From NCBI GenBank assembly GCA_963819095.1, contig CAWFUO010000001.1, positions 265,792-329,791 on the forward strand: a stretch of 64,000 nt of DNA, given 5' to 3'. This stretch comes from Candidatus Dormiibacterota bacterium. Its GTDB lineage: Bacteria; Chloroflexota; Dormibacteria; Aeolococcales; Aeolococcaceae. Under the pieces are notes generated by a model that made no database searches, was not told where the DNA came from, and saw only the letters and a list, made by a program, of their open reading frames with translations. This document shows, piece by piece, positions 33,564-41,478 of this stretch. The position numbers and the translations under genes are program-made. Every line of letters begins with the position of its first letter. The first letter of the stretch is position 1.

Positions 33564-34367
33564 ATGAGCCAGGGATCTCCTGCACGCGTGCGCGTTGCCG
33601 ACGGGCTCGGCGCCGCTGAGATTCACGCGCACACGCTGGCGAGTGATGGGATGGTCAGCGCGGTCGAGCTGGTTCGCGCCGCTGCCGCGATCGGTTTGAA
33701 CGTGCTCTGCATCACTGATCACGACACCATCTCCGAGCTCGGTCCGGCCATGGAAGCCGGTGCCTCGCTGGGCGTTGACGTCGTCGGTGGCCAGGAGATC
33801 ACGGCGTCGTTCCCGCCGGGGATCCACATCGTCGGGCTATTCGTGGAGCGGCAGATTCGTATGCACATGTCCGTTGAGGACACGGTTGACGCGATCCACG
33901 ATGCCGGCGGTCTTGCGGTGATCGCTCATCCCTTCATGCCGACCTGGTTCGCCTCGATGACGCCAGGCAGGGCTCGGAAGCTGCTTGAGAGCCGTCGGGT
34001 GGACGGTATCGAGTTGCGTCACACCGCGCCCGTCTTGCCCCGCACCTGGGGGCTGCTGGACACGTTCTACGCCGAGCATCGCGACCAACTCGGGGCGTCG
34101 CTGGGGGCCGGCGACAGCCATTTCGGCGCGCACGACCTGGGCCGGGTGCTGACCGTCTTCCCGGGGAAAGACGCGGCGGACCTGCGGCGAGCCATTGAGC
34201 AGCGGACGACCTCGCCGCTGTCAGGGGCGGTGGTTCCGTCGCCTCCTCCACTTAGAATGCGACTCTCCCAGCAGTACCGCTCGATGGTCTGGCTCGGTGG
34301 CGAGCGGCGCGCGGGACGGGTGGGTGGCGGTGCCGGTCCGTCCGGAGGGCGGGTGACCCCCGGTTAG
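33564..34367 (+). CDS. PHP domain-containing metal-dependent phosphoesterase
   Basis: The motifs EIHAHTLASDG, ITDHDT and VIAHPF are present. Confidence 0.85.
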   Translation: MSQGSPARVRVADGLGAAEIHAHTLASDGMVSAVELVRAAAAIGLNVLCITDHDTISELGPAMEAGASLGVDVVGGQEITASFPPGIHIVGLFVERQIRMHMSVEDTVDAIHDAGGLAVIAHPFMPTWFASMTPGRARKLLESRRVDGIELRHTAPVLPRTWGLLDTFYAEHRDQLGASLGAGDSHFGAHDLGRVLTVFPGKDAADLRRAIEQRTTSPLSGAVVPSPPPLRMRLSQQYRSMVWLGGERRAGRVGGGAGPSGGRVTPG

Positions 34368-34380
34368 AATCGGGCCCTGG

Positions 34381-34454
34381 CCCGTTTAGCTCAGTTGGTA
34401 GAGCAGGGAACTCTGTAATCCCAAGGTCCAGGGTTCGAATCCCTGAGCGGGCAC
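34381..34454 (+). tRNA. tRNA, 74 nt, irregular anticodon arm; anticodon CTG (Gln) under the only 7-nt-loop parse, but the body looks Thr/Phe-like, so the isotype is uncertain
   Basis: The acceptor GCCCGTT pairs with AGCGGGC. The D-arm is GCTC-AGTTGGTA-GAGC and the T-arm is CAGGG-TTCGAAT-CCCTG, with discriminator A and no encoded CCA. The anticodon region has only a 4-bp GGGA/TCCC stem flanked by A.A on both sides, and it is one nt longer than canonical. Confidence 0.8.
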
Positions 34455-34476
34455 TTTGTCGCGTGAAGATTCGGGT

Positions 34477-34568
34477 GATGCCTGACGTCGACCTCGGCTG
34501 ATGCTTGACACCGACTTCGGCTGATGTGTCGCACCACCGTCGCCTGAGATGTCCCAGCGGTCAAGTCT
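34477..34568. repeat. 23-bp tandem repeat, about 3.9 copies (TGATGCCTGACGTCGACCTCGGC and variants)
   Basis: The copies lie at 34477-34499, 34500-34522 (19 of 23 identical to copy 1), 34523-34545 and 34546-34568, and are progressively diverged. They sit between the tRNA and the next CDS. Confidence 0.6.
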
Positions 34569-34582
34569 TGTAGGCTCAAGCG

Positions 34583-35245
34583 ATGAGTGAGTGGGTGAGG
34601 TGGCACGATGGCTATGCGGATGGACGTCCACTCGCCCAGCGGCTCGAGGTGGTGCAGGAGCTCATCCGCGCCGCCTTGGACGCTTGTCCACCAGGACCGA
34701 TCCGCGTCATCAGCATGTGTGCAGGCGACGGGCGCGACATCCTGGGCGTGCTGCCCGGGCATCCGCGTCAGGCCGACGTGCACGGTCGATTGGTGGAGCT
34801 CGACCCTGCGCTTGCGCGACGAGCGCGTGAGCAGGCCGCCGACGTCTCACCGGCGATCGAGGTTGTCACTGGTGACGCATCGCGCACCAGCCGCTATGTG
34901 GGCGCGGTACCGGCCGAGATCGTGCTCGCGTGCGGCATCTTCGGCAACATCACCGACGACGACATCCACAATACCGTGACGCATCTGCCGGAGCTTTGCG
35001 CACCCGGTGCCACAGTGATCTGGACCCGCGGAAGGTTCGCGCCGGACTTGACACCAACCATCCGCGTCTGGTTCATGGACTCCGGCTTCTCCGAGCTCGA
35101 CTTCGTCGCGATCCCGGACACGTGGATAAGCGTCGGGGCCAACCGGCTCACCTCGCCGCCACGACCGCTGGAGCCGGACCTTCAGCTCTTCTCGTTTCTC
35201 CCTGAGGAGGAACGGCCCTCGCGTCGACGAACGCCGATCAGGTAG
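34583..35245 (+). CDS. class I SAM-dependent methyltransferase
   Basis: Motif I-like VISMCAGDGRDILG and the post-I acidic residue in LVELD are present. Confidence 0.75.
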   Translation: MSEWVRWHDGYADGRPLAQRLEVVQELIRAALDACPPGPIRVISMCAGDGRDILGVLPGHPRQADVHGRLVELDPALARRAREQAADVSPAIEVVTGDASRTSRYVGAVPAEIVLACGIFGNITDDDIHNTVTHLPELCAPGATVIWTRGRFAPDLTPTIRVWFMDSGFSELDFVAIPDTWISVGANRLTSPPRPLEPDLQLFSFLPEEERPSRRRTPIR

Positions 35246-35295
35246 CGGGTGGCCGGCGCACTTCCGAGAGCTTACCGGGCCCTTAAGCTCTTGGG

Positions 35296-36945
35296 ATGCC
35301 CGACGAGGAGCTTGCCAAGCCGCGTCCCGATCTTGCCGAGGCGCTTCGGCGCCGCAGCCTGATCAGCGATGAAAGCCGCGCGGAGGTGGTCGCCGCTCGC
35401 CACGCGACCGGACGCCGGACTGCGCGCGAGAACGTCGACGACCTCTGCGACGACGGAACGTTCGTCGAATACGGCGGACTTGCGATCGCTGCGCAGCGCG
35501 GCCGTCGGACCGTCGACGACCTCGTGCATCGCACTCCGGCCGATGGGCTGATCGCAGGCACCGCTCGGATCAACAGTGCCCTGGTCGGCACGGAGCGCGC
35601 CCGCTGCGCGGCCCTCGCGTACGACTACACAGTCCTCGCCGGCACCCAGGGCGTGATGGGGCATCGAAAGAAGGACCGCCTCTTCGAGATCATCGAGCGG
35701 CGCCGCCTGCCTGTTGTGCTCTTCGCCGAGGGTGGCGGTGGGCGGCCAGGCGACACCGACCACGCCATGGTCGCCGGGCTCGACGTGATGGCATTCGCAC
35801 TGTGGGCCCGCCTCTCCGGTGTGGTGCCGCGAATCGGGATTGCGTCGGGTCGCTGCTTCGCGGGCAACGCGGCGCTCCTCGGCTGCTGCGACCTGATCAT
35901 CGCGACCCCTGACGCCAGCATCGGCATGGGCGGCCCGTCGATGATCGAGGGCGGCGGGCTCGGAGTCGTGGACGCCGACCAGGTCGGGCCGTTCGATGTC
36001 CAGGTGAAGAATGGCGTCATCGACATCGCCGCGGCCGACGAGGCCGATGCGATCCGCCTTGCCAAGCACGCACTCTCGTTCTTTCAGGGACCGGTCGCCG
36101 GCTGGGACATGCCAGACCAGATGGCACTGCGAGACGTCGTGCCCGAGAACCGGCGGCGCGCCTACGACGTCCACCGCGCCATCGAGATCGTCGCGGACAC
36201 GAGTTCCCCGCTCGAGCTGCGTCCACGTTTCGGGCGTGGCATGGTGACCACGCTTGCACGCATCGAAGGGCACCCGGTGGGAATCGTCGCCAACAATCCG
36301 ATGCATCTCGCCGGAGCGATCACGAGCGACTGTGCCGACAAGGCAGCGCGCTTCCTGCAGCTGTGCGAAGCGTTTCGGATTCCGGTCCTCTTTCTCTGCG
36401 ACACGCCGGGGATCATGGTTGGACCCGACGCGGAGACCACTGCCCTGGTTCGCCACGCGAGCCGGCTTTTCCTCGCCGGCGCCGCACTCACCGTCCCGTT
36501 CATGACCGTGGTGCTGCGCAAGGGCTATGGGCTCGGAGCGCAGGCGATGGCGGGTGGGAGTTTCCGCGCTCCACTGATGACAGTCGCCTGGCCGACCGGG
36601 GAATTCGGCGGCATGGGCCTCGAGGGAGCTGTGAAGCTCGCCTACCGCAAGGAGCTCGAGGCGATCGAGGACGAGGAAGCGCGCACCGCGCAATTCGATG
36701 CGATGGTGGCCGAAGCCTACGAACGCGGGAAGGCGCTCAACACCGCAACGTACTTCGAGGTCGATGACGTGGTCGATCCTGCGGCCACGCGAGCTTTGGT
36801 GGCCGCGGTGATCCTTCATCCCGAGGAACTCACCGCCGGAGCGACAGCGACGGCGCTACGTGAACTCGTGGTGATCGACAGCGTGCGCCGGCGCATTACC
36901 AAGGCCAGCGCGGAGAGCACCACACCGAACAGAGCGATTCCCTGA
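35296..36945 (+). CDS. acyl-CoA carboxylase carboxyltransferase subunit (PccB/AccD family)
   Basis: Both carboxyl-transferase halves are present (YDYTVLAGTQGVMGHRK...; GIVANNPMHLAGAITSDCADKAARFLQLCEAFRIPVLFLCDTPG). Confidence 0.9.
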   Translation: MPDEELAKPRPDLAEALRRRSLISDESRAEVVAARHATGRRTARENVDDLCDDGTFVEYGGLAIAAQRGRRTVDDLVHRTPADGLIAGTARINSALVGTERARCAALAYDYTVLAGTQGVMGHRKKDRLFEIIERRRLPVVLFAEGGGGRPGDTDHAMVAGLDVMAFALWARLSGVVPRIGIASGRCFAGNAALLGCCDLIIATPDASIGMGGPSMIEGGGLGVVDADQVGPFDVQVKNGVIDIAAADEADAIRLAKHALSFFQGPVAGWDMPDQMALRDVVPENRRRAYDVHRAIEIVADTSSPLELRPRFGRGMVTTLARIEGHPVGIVANNPMHLAGAITSDCADKAARFLQLCEAFRIPVLFLCDTPGIMVGPDAETTALVRHASRLFLAGAALTVPFMTVVLRKGYGLGAQAMAGGSFRAPLMTVAWPTGEFGGMGLEGAVKLAYRKELEAIEDEEARTAQFDAMVAEAYERGKALNTATYFEVDDVVDPAATRALVAAVILHPEELTAGATATALRELVVIDSVRRRITKASAESTTPNRAIP

Positions 36946-37346
36946 CCGAGACCGGCGGGAATCGCCGACGCCGGCGACGCACCGGTCGCAGGAACCGGGG
37001 GTGTCGGCGCTGAGGCAACGACGATCGTCACCGACGAGCTGTCGTTGGCAGGGTTCGGGTCGGTCTGCGTCTCACCCGACTTGCTCGCGGTGTTCCTGAT
37101 CACGCCCGTTGCGGCGAGGCGCACGGTGATGTGCGACGTCGCAGTGCCACCGACCGCCAGCGCCCCAATCGTCCAGATCCCGCTCGGCGGATCGTACGCG
37201 CCCTGTGATGCGCTCGAGCTGACGAACACGACGCCGTTCGGCAGGACATCAGTGACGGTGACCCCGGTCGCCGCGAGCGGGCCATTGTCATGCGCCGTGA
37301 TCGTGTAGACGTCGTCATCCCCGATGACGGCGCTCGTGTTGCTCAC
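36816..37346 (-). CDS. DUF11 (conserved repeat) domain protein fragment with VPATG-type C-terminal sorting signal; no signal peptide
   Basis: The DUF11 core is TITAHDNGPLAATGVTVTDVLPNGVVFVSSSASQGAYDPPSGIWTIGALAVGGTATSHITV. It is followed by VPATG, a hydrophobic helix and RRR. The frame is open upstream to 37502, but no earlier start or signal peptide exists. Confidence 0.55.
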   Translation of the reverse strand: MSNTSAVIGDDDVYTITAHDNGPLAATGVTVTDVLPNGVVFVSSSASQGAYDPPSGIWTIGALAVGGTATSHITVRLAATGVIRNTASKSGETQTDPNPANDSSSVTIVVASAPTPPVPATGASPASAIPAGLGQGIALFGVVLSALALVMRRRTLSITTSSRSAVAVAPAVSSSG

Positions 37347-37419
37347 ACTCTTGGCGACCGCGATACAGGAACGCCGCGAGACCCCGTCGTCGCACGGGGG
37401 AATGATGCCTGAACGGCGA

Positions 37420-37950
37420 TCAGATATGTGAGAGCTCGCGGTAAAGGCCGCGGAAGAACGGACGGCCCCAGACGCCGATGGAAAGCAGGCCGCCGAACAG
37501 CATCACAGCGTCGACACTTGCGCGTCCCTGCTTGGACCAGTACACATCCTCGAGGTCGAGCCAGAGCGCGAACTCATCGAGCGTGAGCGCCGACGATCCG
37601 CCGTAGAGGATGGAGGTGAATTTCGCAAGCGCATCGTCCGTGCCTCGGTTATTCCGTGTGGGTTCAGGTTTCCCGGTGTCATGGGTGTGCTTCGATGTGT
37701 CGACCTCGAGCAGCCAGAGATAGCCGGTGCCCAGGAGGCCGAGAATCCCCAGGACGAGGTGATGAAAATGCCGGCCGCCCACAGTGATGTTGTGAAACGG
37801 TCCAACGCCGTCGCGTATCGCGTGGGTGATTGCTCGGGTTGCCGCGAATGTCGAGAAAAATGACACTGACGACAGAAACAGCCGCTCCCGCCGCGTGTCG
37901 CGGAACGCCTCCTGGTAGATCTCGACAGCGCGGACGGGCGTCAGCGGCAT
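37420..37950 (-). CDS. hypothetical integral membrane protein
   Basis: The protein is 176 aa with three to four hydrophobic helices (FLSSVSFFSTFAATRAI, HLVLGILGLLGTGYLWLL, AVMLFGGLLSIGVW). It lies 7 nt downstream of the preceding small gene. Confidence 0.6.
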   Translation of the reverse strand: MPLTPVRAVEIYQEAFRDTRRERLFLSSVSFFSTFAATRAITHAIRDGVGPFHNITVGGRHFHHLVLGILGLLGTGYLWLLEVDTSKHTHDTGKPEPTRNNRGTDDALAKFTSILYGGSSALTLDEFALWLDLEDVYWSKQGRASVDAVMLFGGLLSIGVWGRPFFRGLYRELSHI

Positions 37951-37957
37951 GCGCGGC

Positions 37958-38167
37958 TCAGGCTTTGGCGGACTTCGGCCGGGCGAAGTTCGCCGCGATC
38001 ACGGCCAGGAGCGTGAGCACCAGGAAGACCACCGCGTGCTTCCAGTGGATCGCCGGGCGCCCGGAGGCAAGCAGGTTCGTCTTCTGGGTGAAGTAGAAGA
38101 TGGTGGCGAGCGCAAAGATCACGGCCAGAGCCAGAAGAACGAGCGTGAGTGGGCGGCTACCGCGCAT
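37958..38167 (-). CDS. small two-TM membrane protein (69 aa)
   Basis: A strong SD (AAGGAG) lies 7 nt upstream of the ATG. Two hydrophobic helices are predicted. Confidence 0.6.
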   Translation of the reverse strand: MRGSRPLTLVLLALAVIFALATIFYFTQKTNLLASGRPAIHWKHAVVFLVLTLLAVIAANFARPKSAKA

Positions 38168-38245
38168 GACAGATCTCCTTATGAGTGCGGTCGTGAGCCG
38201 CCTGGGAACCCCTCTCCGAGTTCGTCACGCCAGTTCACGACCCTA

Positions 38246-39121
38246 TCAGTGTATGAAGACGAGGCCCGCAGCCCCGAGAGCGGCACAGTAATACGCGAAG
38301 GGGTCGAGGCGTCCGAGGCGCAGATACCGGAGCAGGAAACGCGCGCTCGCGTAAGCGAGGAGCCCCGCCAGCGCAGCCGCCCCGATCCCCACCCCCAGGG
38401 TGGGCGCGTCAGAGCCGAGATTCGGCACCTCGAGCAGCCCGGCCGCGAGGATGATCGGGGTGGCGAGCAGGAAGGCGAATCGCGCAGCCTCCTCGTGGCG
38501 GAGGCCGGCGACCAGTCCGGCCGCCATCGTGATCCCCGATCGCGAGATCCCGGGGATGAGCGCGCCTGCCTGAAAGATCCCAACGATCACCGCCGTACGC
38601 AGGCTGAGCCCCTCGATGCCCTGGTAGGCGGGGTCGTCCTCCTCGTGAGCGAGCACCGGCGCGTCCCGCTGGGCACGGCGGCGCTCGTCGCGGCGCCGGA
38701 ACATCTCGGCCGCGAAGAGGATGCCGCCGTTGACGATGAGGAACACGGACGCGGCTCGCGGATCGCCGAAGAGCGACTTCAGCGGGTCCTGCAACAGGAA
38801 CCCGATGAGCCCCGCCGGGATCGTTCCCACGACCAGCAACATCGCGAGACGCTGATCGGGATTCTCGATGCGCCCGCGCACGGCGGCGGTGAAGAAACCC
38901 TTGATGATCCGCACCCAATCGCGGCGATAGAGGAAGAGCAGCGCTGCCGCGGTCCCGAGGTGGAGGAGGGCGAGGACCGGCACGAACGCAGGGCTCAACT
39001 CGTTGAAGTTCAGCCCGAGCAGCCGCGGAACGACCACGGCGTGGCCGAGCGATGAGACCGGAAAGAGCTCCGTGACTCCCTGAAGCGCGGCAAGAAAGAG
39101 GATGAGTCCGGCTCCGAGCAT
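38246..39121 (-). CDS. uppP: undecaprenyl-diphosphate phosphatase
   Basis: The TELFPVSSLGH and PGISRSG motifs are present. The start is at Met 67 of the listed ORF, where the BacA homology begins. Confidence 0.92.
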   Translation of the reverse strand: MLGAGLILFLAALQGVTELFPVSSLGHAVVVPRLLGLNFNELSPAFVPVLALLHLGTAAALLFLYRRDWVRIIKGFFTAAVRGRIENPDQRLAMLLVVGTIPAGLIGFLLQDPLKSLFGDPRAASVFLIVNGGILFAAEMFRRRDERRRAQRDAPVLAHEEDDPAYQGIEGLSLRTAVIVGIFQAGALIPGISRSGITMAAGLVAGLRHEEAARFAFLLATPIILAAGLLEVPNLGSDAPTLGVGIGAAALAGLLAYASARFLLRYLRLGRLDPFAYYCAALGAAGLVFIH

Positions 39122-39158
39122 TGGCCAGAGCCTACCAGCCGCCCTCGCGTAGTCTGGT

Positions 39159-40202
39159 GTGATGACTTCCACACCACCGCCCGGAGCGGCGTCCGTCAAC
39201 CGCCAATGGCGCCTCGCGGCGCGTCCGAAGGGCCTTCCGGTCTCCACTGACTGGGAGTACCGCACCGAGCCGGTTCCAGAGCCGGGCGACGGCGAATTCC
39301 TGGTGCGCGTCCTGTACATCTCGCTCGACCCGGCGATGCGCGGATGGATGAACGAGGGCCGGTCCTACGTACCGCCGGTCGGCGTCGGCGAGGTCATGCG
39401 GGCCGGCGGCCTCGGCCGGGTGGTCACCTCGGCGCACCCCGATTTCAAGGCCGGCGAACACGTTGTCGGGACGTTCGGCGTGCAGGACTACGCGATCAGC
39501 GACGGGCGCGGAGTGACCCGCGTTGCCGACGAATCGGTCCCGCTGGTGCAGTACCTCAGCGTGCTCGGGATGCCGGGGATGACGGCGTACTTCGGACTGC
39601 TCGAGATCGGTCACCCGGTCGCCGGCGAGACCGTGGTCGTCTCAGCCGCGGCGGGAGCGGTGGGCCAGGTGGTCGGCCAGATCGCCAGGATCAACGGATG
39701 CCGCGTGGTGGGAATCGCGGGTGGTTCGGAGAAGTGCCGCTTCATCGTCGACGAGCTGGGCTTCGACGCCGCGATCGACTACAAGAGCGAGGACGTCCGT
39801 GCCGCGCTCCGCAGGCACTGCCCGGACCGAGTGGACGTGTACTTCGACAACGTCGGCGGCGAGATCCTGGACATCGTGCTTGCACGGCTCGCGCGCCACG
39901 CCCGTATCGTGCTCTGCGGCTCGATCTCGCAATACAACAACGAGGGGCCGGCCCGCGGGCCGTCGAATTACATGGCGCTCCTCGTCGACCGAGCCCGCAT
40001 GGAGGGGTTCATCATCTTCGACTACGCCAAGCGATATGCCGAAGCAGCGCGCGAGATGGCCGGTTGGATCGCAGACGGACGGCTGAAATCGGTGGAGCAC
40101 CTGGAAACCGGGATGGAGCACTTCCCGGAGACGCTCCTCAAGCTCTACCGCGGCGAGAACTTCGGGAAGTTGATCCTCGGCGTGGGCGAGGACGAGGCCT
40201 AA
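39159..40202 (+). CDS. NADP-dependent oxidoreductase (zinc-free MDR; YncB/CurA/PTGR-like)
   Basis: The nucleotide-binding motif is VVSAAAGAVGQVVGQIARINGCRVVGIAGG and the tail is GENFGKLIL. Confidence 0.9.
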   Translation: MMTSTPPPGAASVNRQWRLAARPKGLPVSTDWEYRTEPVPEPGDGEFLVRVLYISLDPAMRGWMNEGRSYVPPVGVGEVMRAGGLGRVVTSAHPDFKAGEHVVGTFGVQDYAISDGRGVTRVADESVPLVQYLSVLGMPGMTAYFGLLEIGHPVAGETVVVSAAAGAVGQVVGQIARINGCRVVGIAGGSEKCRFIVDELGFDAAIDYKSEDVRAALRRHCPDRVDVYFDNVGGEILDIVLARLARHARIVLCGSISQYNNEGPARGPSNYMALLVDRARMEGFIIFDYAKRYAEAAREMAGWIADGRLKSVEHLETGMEHFPETLLKLYRGENFGKLILGVGEDEA

Positions 40203-41347
40203 GCTGCGGCGCTCGCCGCGACCCGACCGGGACCGGACTGGAAGAGCCTGGCAATGTCACTCGGCGAAACGATGCCGACCAGCGTTCCCCCGTCGTAGAC
40301 CATCGCCCGGCCGTCCGACGCGCTGCCCACCCGCTTGAGCACCTCGGTGATGGGCTCATCCGGTCGCGCGATGGGGACCTGGGCGATCGGGATGGCGATG
40401 TCGATCGCTCGCCGGCCGGCCCGCTGCTGTGGCGGCACCTGCTTGATGCCACGCATGGTGACCAGGCCGTCGATGCGGCCATCGATGCTGTGAGTGGGGA
40501 ATGACGTGAACTGATGACCCATGACGTACTGGTCGACGAGGAGCTCGACGGTGATCCATGACGGGACGACCACCGGGTTCTTCGACATGACGTCGCCGAC
40601 CGACATCCCTTCGAGCGCATGGCGCGCCTGCTCGCCGTGCGCCTCGCCTCGCGCGGCCGTGTCCAGGAACCAGCCGATCAGCATCAACCAGATCCCGCCG
40701 ACGGGGTCGTTGAGCAGGAAGACGTCGAGCACGCCGAGCGCGACGAGCACGAACGCGAAGAAGCGCCCGGCCCTCGACGCCGCGACCGTCGCGCGCACGC
40801 GGTTCTTGCTCCTCGACCAGAGAAAGCCGCGCAGGATCCGCCCACCGTCGAGCGGGAACGCGGGGATGAGGTTGAACAGGAGCAGAAGCAGGTTCAATCC
40901 GGCCAGCCACTCGGCGACGATGATCACCAGGATCGGAGCGCTGACGCTGATCAGCACCCAGGACGCGGCGACGAAGACGCCCACCAGCAGCAGCGAGACG
41001 GCCGGCCCCACCGCGGCGACGAGCATCTCGGTCCTGCCGGTCATCCAATCGCCGCTGATCTGCGCGACACCGCCGAAGAGCCAGAGCTTGATGCCGTCGA
41101 CGGTGAGGCCGCGGCGACGCGCGAGGAGCGCATGTCCCAGCTCGTGAGCCGTCAGCGAGGCGATCAGCAGCACGGCCGCGATGGCGCCGGCGACCCACGC
41201 GAGCCAGAGCGGGGTCGTGGGAGCGTAGAAGGGGACCGCGCCCCCGGCGACGCCCCACGCCAGCAATGCACCGATGAGCAGCACGCTCCAGTCCGCCGAG
41301 ATCTTGATCCCGGCGATGCGAGCGATCGGTATACCGCCTCTGTTCAT
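40199..41347 (-). CDS. site-2 (M50) family metalloprotease with C-terminal CBS pair
   Basis: The HELGHALLARRRG (HExxH) motif and FNLIPAFPLDGGR are present, followed by two CBS motifs. Confidence 0.9.
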   Translation of the reverse strand: MNRGGIPIARIAGIKISADWSVLLIGALLAWGVAGGAVPFYAPTTPLWLAWVAGAIAAVLLIASLTAHELGHALLARRRGLTVDGIKLWLFGGVAQISGDWMTGRTEMLVAAVGPAVSLLLVGVFVAASWVLISVSAPILVIIVAEWLAGLNLLLLLFNLIPAFPLDGGRILRGFLWSRSKNRVRATVAASRAGRFFAFVLVALGVLDVFLLNDPVGGIWLMLIGWFLDTAARGEAHGEQARHALEGMSVGDVMSKNPVVVPSWITVELLVDQYVMGHQFTSFPTHSIDGRIDGLVTMRGIKQVPPQQRAGRRAIDIAIPIAQVPIARPDEPITEVLKRVGSASDGRAMVYDGGTLVGIVSPSDIARLFQSGPGRVAASAAA

Positions 41348-41478
41348 GGTGCTCTTCGTATCCTGCTCCGAGGGGCTTTCATCTTTGTGAACGTACCCAT
41401 CGCGACGTCAGTTCAACGTGTGACGGACATTCTCCGCTTGAATGGGAAAAGTGTCCGTGCGGCGACCTCCGCTCGTCC

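Noticed and set aside
34381-34454. The odd tRNA acting as a quadruplet-decoding suppressor that explains the seven +1 breaks.
   Set aside because: The break sites share no common quadruplet complementary to CUCU, UCUG or CUGU. The local sequences are GGGTCTCC, TTCCCGGAG, GCCGGGTCG, GCTGGCC, ACCCCGG, GAGTTCG and ACCCAGG. All lie in homopolymer runs, which points to sequencing chemistry. I kept only the tRNA oddity itself as a finding.
34381-35245. A genomic island integrated at the tRNA.
   Set aside because: There is no integrase, no recombinase, no direct repeat of the tRNA 3' end and no clear compositional block. The downstream genes are ordinary metabolic genes with the same codon bias.
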